A DNA stretch of 64,000 nt from Orbicella franksi. Lineage: Eukaryota. The notes under the pieces are model-generated. The model did no database searches and was not told the origin of the DNA. It saw nothing but the letters and a program-made list of their open reading frames with translations. The stretch is from contig OZ116698.1 of assembly GCA_964199315.1 (NCBI GenBank), positions 17,236,001-17,300,000 of the forward strand, given 5' to 3'. The position numbers and the translations under genes were made by a program. Positions 1 through 12,728 of the stretch are shown one piece after another (position 1 is the first letter of the stretch; every line of letters starts with the position of its first letter).

Positions 1-219
1 GAAAGTCCATATTTGTAGAATCTTCCTTCAAACTTCCAAACTTCAGATGAGTACTCTCATCATGAATAAAGTGTGTGGGGAAAAAAGATTAGAAGAAAAA
101 TGGCAGTTATCATTTTCAAAGAGAAACCTTAGTCAACACACTTGTAAATTCTATGTAAGCTTATAAGCTTGCAAGCTGACATATAAAAGGTAAAGTTTAC
201 ATATGAGTCAAGAGGCAAA

Positions 220-398
220 TGTGCAGTTCCAGAAAATATCCATCTGTATGCTCCCTCCATAAAAGGGATTGGCATTTTCTGGGTGAGGAGGGGTTCTGTG
301 AGACCACAAGATGTAAAGAAATGTATGAGGCTTAATTGGAATTTCCAGAGGGGTTGGGATCCCTTCTGTGGGGGGCATTGATATTTTCTGGAACTACA
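220..398. mobile_element. Short MITE with terminal inverted repeats
   Basis: TGTGCAGTTCCAGAAAATATC ... GATATTTTCTGGAACTACA; no ORF. Confidence 0.7.
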
Positions 399-864
399 AA
401 ATTAGGCCAGCACTTCTCTCTGGTTTCTGACCTGAAGTGACCTGGAGTATTTCTATTCCTTTTTGCAAGGGATGCTAGTCCCTTGCAGGTTAATCCACAG
501 CACCTCCACAAGCTGATATATAACCCAGGCAAAATTAGTGTTTTCCATTGATTTTGATTACATGACTACATTTAGTTCTTTATTACAAAAGTGAATGTTT
601 GAAACAAAGAATGTTATTTAAATTTGTTAAATAATGCCTGGACAAAAGGTCTGATGTCTGTATGAACCAAACATACAAGTGCAACTTTAATAGCATGTGC
701 TGTATATTGTGCTTTGTAACACCACTTCACTGGGTTTGGCTGTGAATATAATGTCAAGTTGATAATAAATTATACTGTAAGTGTTTCACTTGCCCTCTGA
801 AATAACACCACACGGAACTTTCCTTCTTTAGAGACTAATTTGTTTTTTTCCTTCATTTAAAGAG

Positions 865-3800
865 ATGGCTTCTTCTATAGATGTCAATAAGGGGGAGATT
901 AAAAAGAGTGCAAAGTATAAGTGGCAACTTGGTCATTGTTTAGGGAAGGGAACATGCAGTGTGGTTGTTGAAGCTGTAGGCACATTCTACTCCAGAAGCA
1001 TATGCAGACATTCTCCTCCACGAGTTCTGAAAGGAGCTGTCAAGACTTTCAAACAAGGACATCAATTTGAGCAAGCTGCAACTAATGAAATAGAAATTCT
1101 AGAGTATTTGAATCGTCAACAGGAATCTCCCTATAAACACTATATAGGTGAGTTACAAGTATGGTATGAACTCAAGTTAATAATAAAACCCCAAGTTCTG
1201 AAAGGGAGGTATTTATTGGACAGGTGTGGACAAATTTCTCTGTTCACACAACCAATTTCCTCAGTCCCCAGAAATTCCTTACTGATTATGCTCTACTATG
1301 GAGAGATACATGTGGTACTCTTATGGGTTGTTGTTGGGCTTAGACTTCTTCTGGTAGAAATGAGAGAAAAAACTTATGTGATGCATGACACTTATGATGA
1401 AAATGACAAGAAGGCTGAAAATGCTCCATCAAGTGTCAAATAGTGTGGGTACAAGAGTCGTTTTGGGCTTTGCCCTAATTGAAGAGCCTTTTCAGTTGTC
1501 ATTTCTTTTTGTTTTTTCTATAATATGAATCCATCAAAGACACTACGTGGTGGGGCTGTACTGTTAAAGGAGAAACACCCACAAGTGTGCAAGTGCTAAG
1601 ATCGCAGTTGCTCTTTTTTCTTTCTGTGAAATAAAGAGAATTGAGTGTGACATCATTGCTGCTACATTTACAATTGGCATTTGGTCCATAAAAAAAATAC
1701 TTTTTATACTTTGAGTTAACAACTACAGAGTAAACAAAAATCTTAGTGTGGGCTTGCTACTCTACCAACTGTCACAAGATTCAACCAAAGTATTTTTTTC
1801 AACAATTATGTGTTAAAATTATCAATAATACTATGTCTTTCCTTCTGTAGTGCACTTGCAGGATTACTTCTTATGTAAAGACCAATTGCATTTGGTTTAT
1901 GAGAAGCTGGATTGCAATCTTCATCATATCTTATTAAAGAACTCAGGGAAAGGTCTTCCTTTGTCTATCATTAAGCGATGCTCTTGGGATATTGTGAGAG
2001 CTCTGAGTTTTTTGGCCACCAACAGGGTTGTTCATGGGGACCTCAAGATGTCCAACATAATGTGGAATTCAAATAGAGGCATGTTTCAACTTGTGGATTT
2101 TGGCCTCAGTTTTTTGGAGGAAAAACAAGTAAGCTGTTCAAGCAGAAAGTTTACTTTTACATGTGGGTGCTATTGAATGCAGATGTCTGTTAAAGTGGCT
2201 TTTCTTCAGGCAGTTTCACGAGCCTTTGGTTTAGGTGAGGGATTAAAAAAAGGCAGTGAATACATGATGGTATAATGATCATGTGGCATATTACACCTCA
2301 AGGTATTCCCTCAAGGTACACTCTTTCCATGCAATGATTTTCATAAAGTTCAAATCTTTTTTTGTGGCAGTGAATTTTAAAACTGAAAAATTGCCATCTG
2401 GTGACCACTTTTAAAATATGTGATGGAAATCAATGGGGTGTGAAACAGCATACAAAAAACACCATAACAGGCATCTGAGATCAATAAAAAATATTAACAT
2501 GGTGGCCTTTTGATTGCATGTAGGTTGTTGAATGCTGGCTGAGCAGATATTTAGCATTAAATTTGGTAAGGCTCCACCCTCGCAGTGCCTCTATCCATCC
2601 AGTGGTGTAAACACTCTACGTACATGTATATAAATGCATTATTACCTCAATTCAAATTTATAGAGTAGCATCTGTAGTATTGCTGCTACTATAGATCTGC
2701 AAATGATAGAGAAATGAAAACAAAAAGAAGATGGGTAGAAGCAAATTGTTGAGACAGATTGACAAACTGCCACCGGGTATTGAGCCTCCAGTGGAATACA
2801 TTGTCGGTAGTAGCCCATAATTCAGAGTCTTAAAGCAATTCTGAAATTCAAAGTTGAACTTCTGTCAATCAGTGCAAAGTTTCACCAATGTAAGAAAAAT
2901 ATGATCAGTGTCTTACTGTGCAAAGGACTGTCAATCAATTTTTAATTTGCATTTTATTCCTCAGCCTCATCAGCCACTTCAGAGTCCTGGTTACCAATCC
3001 CCAGAAGCACAAGCATGGAACAGATTAGTTGCTGAAGGTATCACTCACAGAAAGAGCTCAGTGAGTGATATTTAGGGTTTATCATGCTTCTTTCAATCTT
3101 TTGGTAGTTGAATAAACTTAGTGCCAAAATTCAGGGCATATGGTGTTTACTCAGAATATTTTGAGCACAGAGCTCAATCTTCACCGGCCTGATGGAATGG
3201 CAGTTAGTGGTGCTCACATGACTACATCATCTTCAGGTCAGGGTATCTGATCATGTGAGAACAGTCTGACATTATACACTGACATATCATAGCTTCAACT
3301 CTTCATCCATGACAGTTCAATAATGGGCTCTAGTCTTATTTCCCTGTTGTTGGCATGAAACTGAACTTCACTGGTGCCGTGAGAGTTAAGTTTCTTTCCA
3401 GGTCTCAGCGCTGACCAGTCAATCTGGAGTCCAGTGCCCTATCTATTGGGCCATCATACACCTGTTTCTCCCAAGTATGTGCACTTGAATATCCAGATTT
3501 CTGACTTCATTCTTGCAGAGATGCTCTTTTGCCAGTGACATGTGGAGTTTTTCTTATGTACTGTGGTACATGTACACAGGAATGCCAGCACCCAGATGTC
3601 TAACAGATGAGCCAACATGTGTCATGTGTTTGCAGGAAGAGGTAATGAATATTTTCTCAATGGCCAGTTCCTTCTATGAGACACTCTTGCAGGGAATCAG
3701 GGTAGTTGTGTTCACCAAAACAATATACAGTCGAAGATTTTGAACACAACTACCATGATTTCCTGCAGGCATTTCTCATAGAGGGAATTGGCCATTTGAT

Positions 3801-6800
3801 GATGATTATTATCATGTGCAATATTCTACATCCACCATTAAGTGAAATATTCTCAAAAGTCATGAGGGTCAATGTATTTCTAAAGACAGTGCTTGCTTCT
3901 TACAACATATTTTGGACAACAGACAGATTCTTATTTATTCATATATAATTACTCATATGTTGGAGTTGCCATGACACCTGTTCATAACTAGTGTACATTT
4001 ACCCACTCCCCTCAACAAAAATAAATCAGGGAGAGGAGAGTCACTCTCCCCAATACTGTCGCAAGGAGTTGGTAGATATACACAGATATGTGCATGTTAT
4101 CATCGGAGATTAAACTACAGCACATCCAGGCTATTCAAATCTACAGCCTTTTGACACATGTCTCTTCCTTGATTATTATTTTTTTTTACACAGAATTATA
4201 CATGCTGTGGTATGAAGAATGGAGCAACAAGCATTTGCCGTTGTTTCAAGGTGTTAATTTTGTGTCATTGTTATAACTGAAAAACTTGTTTGTTGCTAAG
4301 CTTTGCAGATAGTCATAATTATGCAGCCATGCTGATGACTTCATTTTAGATGCACTTCTCATCGATGCCATAGTTGATGGAGCATTGCCAAATCGGTTGA
4401 CATGCTGACTAGCTGCTATTACTACTGACGTGTATATCCGGTTAATAGTATAAAGTGAAATTGAATGTGAGAATAATATGATGGAATAATTGTTACACTG
4501 CTAGTTGATACCTTTTCTGTTTGGGTAATTGTAAACACCATAATTTGGTTATGTCTTCTAACATTAACTGGCTAGTTGTTTCAAATGTTTGTCATACAGG
4601 ATGCTAACTGCTTGCATTTCAAGCAGATCAAGCAGGAATTGCCTGATGATGATAGAGAGATCACACCTGAACAACATGAGTTATTTCTTGACTTCATCAT
4701 GAGGTAACTTCAATCAACTGTAAACTGTTATGATGTGGGCTTTTTGCATTAAGTTGTACATACATGTATGTAATTGACTTTGTTTTAGCCCCATATATGG
4801 TGTATATATCGAGAATTACCCCAGAAAGCAGATGCATGTCTCCCTTTCATGGCCTTGCACTGTGTTGCCTGTGAGAGAAGTCTGACCAACAAACCAGGAT
4901 ATTCTGTCTTTGTAATGAATTAATTAATGGCAACTGTTCAGATCAGCAGCACATATTCTGTGAAAAGTTACCATTTTTACCACTGTAAACAGTTGTAGTT
5001 TTTGTATAGTAATAAAAATAGTCCTATTGAAGGGGGGGGGGGGGGGGCGGGGACGCAAATTTAAATTTTAAGTTTAGTGTAAGTTTAGGGAAGATAATGT
5101 TTAAATTGCTGTATTTTATTTTTATGGTGTTCTAGTAGTAAACTGCTATTTTCGTCTTGACACTCAAATAAAGTTATTGTAATATTATTATCTAACCTAG
5201 ATCTGGTGTGTATAGTGTTGTGTTTAAAAGGACCATCTCTTCTGTTGAGATCTTGTCTAAGGTGGCTGCATTGGGACCACCATGACAATGATTGTGTTAG
5301 TAGGACCCTGAGAGATGTGATGGCAGTGTAAGAGCTTATGAGTCACATAGTATCTTGTTGGTCTTGCCAAGATACAGATCAGGTGTTGAGCTTTGTGGCT
5401 ACTACTCCAACAAGCAAAACAAAAACCAGACAGTGACAGTAATGACAATATGATGATTCATTGTATTAACTCTTTGGGACTGTTGTAACCTACCCACAGG
5501 AAAAATATTTATTTGAAAGTGATTATAATTTATTCTGTCTTTCCAGAATGATGAAGTGCCGACCAGAGCAGAGGATAACACCATTTAATGCCATGCAACA
5601 TGCATTCTTGAACAGTAAGAATAACCTTCTTATTGTCAAGCTCTAAGCATCAATTTCCATACTGATTGCTAATGTTGGCACGTTACTCAGGTGATGGTTT
5701 TCTGTATTGTCAACGCCTGTCTATTTGCATTTGAAAAGACTCCCCGTATTAGCCTCAGTTGCAAGCTATTTCCAGTCCAATACCGAGAATACGAAATGAT
5801 CTATTATATGACAAGAAGAATGGTCGCTTATTGTCTTGACATGCAGTAAAGAGGAGATTAAAACTGATCACTCAGACACCTTTTGGTGATGGCTGACTGT
5901 GTATAAACGGGTTACTAATGCTTGAAAAATTTGTTTCCTTTGTCTTACATTTCTAGGTTCCCCCTGGTGCACTCCTCATAGTTTAGAAGAGTTTTTACTG
6001 CTTCCAACCAGAATCCTTCAGCTAACTAACATCCATCTGGATGACCTCTCCTCAGACTCAAGCTTTGGTATTTACATTTTCTTTTTTTTGCTCACTTTTC
6101 ATTTTATTTAGTTTTTATCTCATTTATCTCATTAGATATTAAATTTATTCCATGGTGCAGTTATCTGTAGAAGTTATAACAGCCTTACAAGCAAGTGGAG
6201 TTGTGGTGGCCTAATGGTTAGCGAGCTGGACTCTGGATCAAGTGGTACTGGTTCAAGTCCTGGTCAAGGTCATTGTGTTGTGTTCTTAGGCAAGACACTC
6301 TACTCTCACAGTGCCTCTCTCCGTCTGGGTGTATAAATGAGTATCTGTGAATTTAGTGCTGGGGGTACCCCTACAATGGACTAGCATTCCATCCAAGGGG
6401 GAGTAAAAATATTCCTAGTCACTTCATGCTACAGAAGTTAGTATAGGGTCGGCTAAACAGGCCACTTGGTTTGACGCAGACTTTGCCTTAAAAGTAAATT
6501 TACAAACGAATTACATGTGGAATATTTCATTAGCTCTTTTTTTTTCTCTGTGCAGATGGGTTGATGGATGTACAGGAGGAGTGTGCTAAGTTTGGGGTTG
6601 TCAGAGGTTTCAAGTATGATGGTGATTCAACTGTAGGATATAAGGTAAATTGGCAAGTTGTTCATGGCAGCAGCACTTTAAGCCGGGACATGTGGTCTGC
6701 TAATGTTTCTCCCAGTTTCCATAACATGAGGCGGCTAGGAGTATTAATAGTCCCGATAAATGAAATGAAGGTCCAACACATGTTGACCGTGACCAGCATT

Positions 6801-7287
6801 TGGTCAGGCTTCCTTAACTATAACTCATTTGTACTTCAGGGTGGAGAGAGAGATAGAGGCAGTGTTATCGTAAAGTGTCTCTCCCACGTGAGAACACCCG
6901 TGGTTTGTAGAGTGTTTTTTGGCACGATTTCAAAGTAAATGATGATTTAGGTTCCTTGTCATCAACATTTCTTGGAAAGGGTTGGCAAGGAAACGAATGT
7001 GAGCCAGTTTGCTGAATTTCTTAGTGGCGCAGAATTGTAAACATCGTAGCGGTTTCATTGCTTGGGTTTGCAGTTATGCACACGACTTGTGTTCATAATA
7101 TGTACGGCCTGTGTTATGAGTTTCTTATTGCACTTCTCTGGTTTTTCAGGTATATGTTGAGTTCTCTGACGCTGACGATTGCTCGCGGGCCCACAGTTCC
7201 CTAACTGGGCGTGAATATAATGGCAGGACAGTCATTACCAGCTTTTATCCCATTGATTATTACTATACAGACTACTTCTGGCACTGA
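865..7287 (+). CDS. UHMK1: Serine/threonine kinase Kist / U2AF homology motif kinase 1 (kinase + C-terminal UHM/RRM), 9 coding exons, ~429 aa
   Basis: Exons 865-1147, 1851-2128, 2965-3060, 3519-3641, 4600-4703, 5547-5614, 5957-6067, 6556-6644, 7150-7287; all GT-AG, phase-compatible, total 1290 nt. Motifs GKGTCS (Gly loop), AVK, HGDLKMSN, DFGLSF, GYQSPE, DMWS, then LLLPTRILQLTN, DVQEECAKFG, VYVEF, LTGREYNGRTVITSFYP, matching the remembered human KIS UHM (MLPTPVLRLLN, DVKEECQKYG, VFVEY, LTGRMFDGKFVVATFYP). AATAAA at 7389-7394. Confidence 0.93.
3181..3457 (-). mobile_element. Degraded tRNA-derived SINE (UHMK1 intron 3)
   Basis: Minus strand begins TGGCCCAATAGATAGGGCACTGGACTCCAG (A-box-like tRNA head), followed by AACTTAACTCTCACGG resembling the other SINE copies. 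Confidence 0.5.
6197..6490 (+). mobile_element. tRNA-derived SINE (UHMK1 intron 7)
   Basis: A box TGGCCTAATGGTTAG, B box GGTTCAAGTCC; body GGCAAGACACT..GGTGTATAAATG..TGCTGGGGGT..ATGGACTAGCAT shared with 26169 and partly with 49327. Confidence 0.85.
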
Positions 7288-7793
7288 TATCCGTTACGAG
7301 GGATGAACTGAACACTTTCAACTGTGATTTCTTCAAGGGACGCTATGTCATACACAGTATGTTGTGATTTTACCTGGCTTACCTGTAAAATAAAGAGTAC
7401 TGTTCAGATAAAACTTGCTATCTCCCTTTAGTTATATTTTATAAATCGATAAAAAACTGCCAAGCAGCTGAAAAAGGTAGCATTTCCAAAATGGTGCTTT
7501 TTATTGGCATAAATAATTTATACGCCCCTAACCTCAAGGGGGTTATTTTACCCCCTTTCAGCTCTCTGGGAAATATATTATCCCGGCCTTTTTTTCCTCA
7601 CAGATCTATCCACTTTCCCCTCTCTTAGCTATATTTTAAAACAGCCTTGGTGCCTCCCGTGGTGGTGTATTCCCCTTTTCCTTCTGCTGGGAGATTAATT
7701 CTCCCTCTATCTGCCACACCACATCGTACAGGGTTTCTTTCAGGTGCTTACGCAGACGCTATTTGGGCTCGTCACGCAATCTTCCGAAGAGCG

Positions 7794-8885
7794 TTAGCTT
7801 CTTCCAGGCGTTCAGTAATGCATCAGTCAATTCCAGCAGTGCCCATCCCCCCCCCCCGGGCAACCGCGGGGCATTTGCTCAAGTTGTCAGTCCCGGGGCT
7901 GGAGCATCCGCAATTTTATCGTGGCCCGGGGGCTGGGCATTTGCGTACCCCGGGGCGACCCCCGGGAATTCGACACACCTGTTTTGGAAAGTGCCATGGA
8001 TGAGTTCATCGGGAAAGACGAGGCGTTTGTCGAACAATGGCTTGTCCGTCAGGGACTAGAGAAACTTGTTTTTAAAGTTATGTTTTCTCAATTTTAGATA
8101 TTTCTTCATTACTTGTAAGCATATAAATATAAGCGACAAGGTGAACTATATTTTGTTTATCACAAAACAATAACTGACGTGAACACGACTATTTCGCATT
8201 TCGCATTCAAAACTAGCCTAGCATTTTTTGAATTCATGAAAGTGGAGTTAAAATACTTAAGGTTTGCGAATTCAAATGATGCGATCTTGAAGACAGATCT
8301 TGCGAGCTTAAAATGCAATGCATCGTCATTTAAAATGTCTTGATTCTTCACAGAAAAAGTAGCCTCCGAATACAGGCGCCTATCATCGCTCGCGGCTGGG
8401 GGCACGCCCGCCGCAATCCCAGCTATCCTCTAGCAAACTGTTAAAAACAAATATAAAGAAATAAATATAATCAGAATCAACTAAGACGTACTGTTGTCCT
8501 TGAAGTCTTACCGTTGTATTAAAATACTGAACAGTTGACCGTTTTATTCACTGATTAATTTACAAACTGCGGATGTGTTGGAAGGCGACGATCCCGGGGG
8601 CGGGGCATTTGCCCTCTTTCTTCGTCCCCACCCTGGGGCATTTAGACAGCTTATGTTTCCCCATCCCGGGGAATTTGCCCATTTTTTTAAAAAAATGCTC
8701 ATGCCCGGGGGTTAGCCCGGGGGGGATGGGCACTGCTGGAATTGACTGATGCATAAGTTGGGAGCAGCGCGAAAAAACGGCGGAGCGTAGGAGAGGAGAA
8801 AAAGGCTTGGGTTCGCTTCTCCCCCATTTTTCGTGTGCCATTTTCGCGCTGTGTCCCAACTAACTGAACGCTTGGAAGAGGCTAA
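7794..8885. mobile_element. Palindromic short element split by the 7819-8753 insertion
   Basis: Left arm TTAGCTTCTTCCAGGCGTTCAGT|AAGTTGGGAGCAGCGCGAAAA versus right arm reverse complement TTAGCCTCTTCCAAGCGTTCAGTTAGTTGGGACACAGCGCGAAAA. Confidence 0.75.
7819..8753. mobile_element. Non-autonomous PIF/Harbinger-like element, 935 bp, TAA target-site duplication
   Basis: 35-bp perfect TIR TGCATCAGTCAATTCCAGCAGTGCCCATCCCCCCC at both ends; TAA at 7816-7818 and 8754-8756; no transposase ORF. Confidence 0.85.
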
Positions 8886-9262
8886 AAGAGTGTCTGCTTA
8901 GGAGGCCATACCGATATCTACTCAATATCAACTTATCAAATAATTTATATTTTGTTGTTTTCTATGTTTCGTCGGCCGCTATCGTTAAATAGTCCTGTAG
9001 TCTTGTATGACGGAATTCGTTAGTATTCTGTACAACCGTCAGTCGGCCAGGATTGATCTGCGGATACCAATTGTTATCGTTTCAAGTGTTGATTATCTTT
9101 CCTCTGGATTATAGTTAAAAGCATCAGACTTTAGGGGGACGTTAAAAATGCGTGCGATTTTATTTGGATGCGACCCAGGCTTGTCGTGTTCCGTGCGTTA
9201 ATGTTTAAATTAGGTGAAAGTTCGATGCACGCAATCAAGGGTAATGCTTACAATGGTAACTG

Positions 9263-9698
9263 CCGGTTTCGCCCCATGGCGAGTTCGCCCCCACCGAGTT
9301 CGCCCCCACATCAACTCAACTTGATCGAGTTCGCCCCAACCAGATCGAGTCGTATATAGAGATTATTCCTCGTTCTTTTATCCACTGCCTTATTAGATTA
9401 CTGGTGGCGAGGAAACTTCGCTTGGTGGCGAGGTGACTTTGCTTGGCGAGTTCGTTGGTGGCGAGATAACCGGTAACTGTTTGACTTTGTTGCTATGCGC
9501 GCGCCGGCTGCAACAAGTGAACAATCATCATCTAAGCTTATCAAACATACATAGGCTGAAATGGTTCTTCGAAAACGTTTAATAACTCGATAACAACTAC
9601 GTAAACACGAACACTAAAAGTTGGGGGCGAACTCGAAATGGAAATTTTATAGTGGGGGCGAACTAGGTGAGGGCGAACTCGCCATGGGGCGAAACCGG
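9263..9698. mobile_element. MITE with subterminal GTTCGCCCC / GGTGGCGAG repeats
   Basis: 28-bp TIR CCGGTTTCGCCCCATGGCGAGTTCGCCC at 9263-9290 and 9671-9698. Confidence 0.75.
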
Positions 9699-11489
9699 TA
9701 TCATTCCTTACAATCAACTGAAGCTTAGATACATCCGAGACCGGCTCATTGCAAAACAAATGCTAATACTTTTCCTCGTTTTAATGACCAAGTGGTTCTG
9801 TTTAATTATTTCAACAAACTAATTTTCCCTAGACAATCCGACTGTGGACGAAATATATCACTGGCTTACCTCAGCAACCAAGGTATTTAGGACGTTTCTG
9901 TGGAGAACGAGTCTTTACCAGTAGTTTAGACACATGATAGCTTTTCCAAGCACATTTGAAGTCACTTGCTGGTCTTTTTGTTGGTCAGATTGCAATTTTC
10001 CGTTTCTTTTGTACGTTTGCGTGTATTTCAATCTTTAACAAATTGAGTGTGGATATTTGTGAACAATCAATTAGGTGGCTTATTTTACCGAGGCGTTAAT
10101 TGCCGAAAGAGATCACGTTGGGAAGCTAGGATACAAGAAATGGCCTCATATTCTATACAATTTGAATCACGTACCGGCTTTTTTCTAGATAGAGCACAGT
10201 TTTTCCAGCAGTTTAAGACAAGTTCACTCAGATAAAAAGAAATCAAGTGTGCGGATTTTTGTTCAGTTAAAAGACTTTTTAAATAGGTGTTAATTGTTCA
10301 AGAGCTTGTGTTTACCTTCCGGCGTGACTTCTGAGCTGAAAGACGGATAGCCTATTGAATCTCAAGGGTGGCAATTTAACATAGATTCTTTTAACTTTCA
10401 ATGTATTGGACTATTGTGTTTCAAGCAAATTTTCGTTCAATAGTCTGATCAGTAGAAAATGTAAACGTTGCTTAAATTAATGACCTAAACTTTTCAGCTT
10501 TCGCGGGCATCATGTGTAGAATCTTTACAACTGACCGAGAGAAAAGCGACGTCCAGCCTACAGCCTTAATTTAATTTAACTTTTTTTAAAAGACGAACAC
10601 TCGTAATTTAGCTTTTTTCGTCTAAAAGTCTTTGCACATTTTATGTACGTTTTTTTTACCGTGATATTCGCGAAAAATTGAACATTATTTTGGTAAAAAA
10701 TCTTGTGATTACCAGGATAACCTTTCATTTTCTGTTTGTGGAGAAAACAAATCACATGTTTCTCTTCGACTGTTAAATTAAAAAGATGACACTTGCACAA
10801 TATTTTGATGTTTGTGAATTTTAATGAACGCTTTGATTGATGATCTTCACGTTCACAATGGAGTCTAAAGAAACTGTGTGTAAACTGCCAAGATAACGCG
10901 AGACGGTCAATATTTACTTAGACCAAAAAAAACGAACTACTTTGTAGTTTATACCAAAATGTATTTCGCAACTTTTCATACACGCAATTTAACGTCTTGC
11001 CTTGACAGACGACTTGGGTCGCAATGACTAAACTGACACGACGATGACAACTAGCGGTTTCCCTTGGACTGTGGACTCTGTACATGACGCGACCGTCTCA
11101 CATATTAAAAATAGTTGAAAAATGCTGTTCCGTTTTATCGCCAGCCAAATGAGATATTCATTATAGTAATAAAAGTTAAAAATAAAATTAATGATCTTGC
11201 AGAAGATCTTTTCCCGAGCTCTCTTTGAAAAACTAGTAAGAATACATTTACCTTGGACAAAGTTTGCGCAAAGCCGGCGAGGAATATCAGCCGTGAAAAT
11301 AAACTCGAAGAGATCCGTGGCATTCAGGCTTAACATTACTGCGTTTGGAGAGCACGAAAAGGTTTGATCAAATCTACAACGGCTATCAGTTTGCCTTGTC
11401 TGTGAACGTTTATAAATCAATTTGTACGAGACACTGCAGCTGGATCTGCAGAAGTTTCCGAGCAGAAGTTGCAACCTCGCGCTGCCCAC

Positions 11490-12728
11490 CTATCCTTTTT
11501 TGCTAAATATTTCGTCGATTCCTAATTCTCTCTCGGGGTCGTCCATGTCCACCTCTTGTAGAGGCTTCTTGGGTCTGCGAAGGTACCTGGCTTTCTTTGC
11601 CTCTTGCAGGAGATCAGTCAAAGGTGGTAAGAGGTATACAGTTCTAGGTAGGCCGTCTGGGGGAACATGGAGGTACGGTGTTATATCAGGGTCGTCATCC
11701 TCATCATCCATCAATTGATTCGTGCTTGCGGGTTGTGAGAGTCTATTTTGAATCCTGTCTTTGACAGCGTCGAGATTAACCTGTGCAAGCGAAGTATCTA
11801 GTTTGGGAGCGGCCTGCGAGACCGGGCGAAATCGTTCGGTTTCTCCGTTTGTATTTGTGACAGAAACGTTTACAGTACCTCTATCGGTGGATTGTCTAGG
11901 GTTTTGTCCGGCCGGCGACACATCAAGGCTAAACTTTCCGCGTGATTGCCTTCTCTGTTTTTCCTTGGGCTTTGACGAAGTAATCGTGGTGAATGAGTCT
12001 TGGGTAGCGTCCTCCTCTACCCGTGAAATGTCAGTCCGAGACGTGAGTTGCGGGAGAGTGCTGCTCATGGAGGGTAGCGTTGGTAACGACAAACTTTTTC
12101 GTCGCGAAGGGTCATTCGATATCGTCTGCGTCTCGCTGTTCGAAGCTGTGNNNNNNNNNNNNNNNNNNNNNNNNNNNNNNNNNNNNNNNNNNNNNNNNNN
12201 NNNNNNNNNNNNNNNNNNNNNNNNNNNNNNNNNNNNNNNNNNNNNNNNNNNNNNNNNNNNNNNNNNNNNNNNNNNNNNNNNNNNNNNNNNNNNNNNNNNN
12301 NNNNNNNNNNNNNNNNNNNNNNNNNNNNNNNNNNNNNNNNNNNNNNNNNNTCGAAGCTGTGAGCGCATTTCCAGCTAAACCTAAGCCGTTGTAGTTATCA
12401 CTATTTTTTAAAGACGCAACTCTTTTGGACTTTTTCTTCTTGTTGAGTCAGCGCCTGCTTTGCCCGGCATTGTTCGCTCTGTTATTGTTTCGCTGTTTTC
12501 TAAGGTGCCCGACGTTTGCGTGATCTCTCTCAACTCGTGCTTAAGGCGACGCATCTCGTAGTTAAGCGAGTGCAGATTAGTGGATTGGTGTCCATCAATG
12601 CTGCCCTTTCGGAGCCTCAAGCGATTGCCCGCTCTCTTGTTAAGGTTACGAGCTTTGCTCGCGTTATGGTCGAGCTGTTGTGCGGATAACACGATATTGT
12701 TGTTCCGTCGTGGTGTTCTCTCTCCCAT
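11490..12728 (-). CDS. CCDC190: CCDC190 (C1orf110/DUF4697)-like coiled-coil protein, single exon, ~342 aa after repairing the gap and a 1-nt frame break
   Basis: N-terminal RNLNKRAGNRL...LNYEMRRLKHELREI aligns without gaps to remembered human RKNAKQAEARL...LTWEQRQLQKELQRL. C-terminal PPLTDLLQEAKKARYLRR...ERELGIDEIF matches PTFLELLSKARNAHYLRH...ERLLSIGEIF. First in-frame ATG 12728, TAG 11492-11490. Needs the flanks of the gap (12151-12350) merged and +1 nt added within 12411-12447. Confidence 0.78.
12151..12350. other. Assembly gap (200 N placeholder); flanks overlap by 11 bp
   Basis: TCGAAGCTGTG at 12140-12150 and again at 12351-12361. Merging gives the continuous frame ...GNALTASNSET... Confidence 0.9.

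Noticed and set aside
1148-1443. C-terminal part of the 192-aa ORF
   Set aside because: Read-through into intron 1 after the GTGAG donor at 1148; kinase homology resumes at 1851.
6197-6270. tRNA genes at 6197, 26169 and 49327
   Set aside because: A/B boxes run straight into a shared SINE body and no complete cloverleaf is evident.
7647-8859. ORFs 7647-8003, 7763-8059, 8160-8405, 8560-8859
   Set aside because: They lie in GC-rich MITE termini or interior, and share the TIR-derived peptide MHQSIPAVPIPP; no transposase motifs.
9840-10240. Minus-strand donor-like site (AG|GTAAG at ~9870) and short open frames
   Set aside because: No consistent exon chain or homology; cannot be supported as a gene.
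12408-12447. Programmed -1 ribosomal frameshift in the CCDC190-like gene
   Set aside because: No correctly phased X XXY YYZ heptamer (only A5; TTTAAAA is in the wrong frame) and the site is ~80 bp from a contig end, so an indel error or mutation is simpler.
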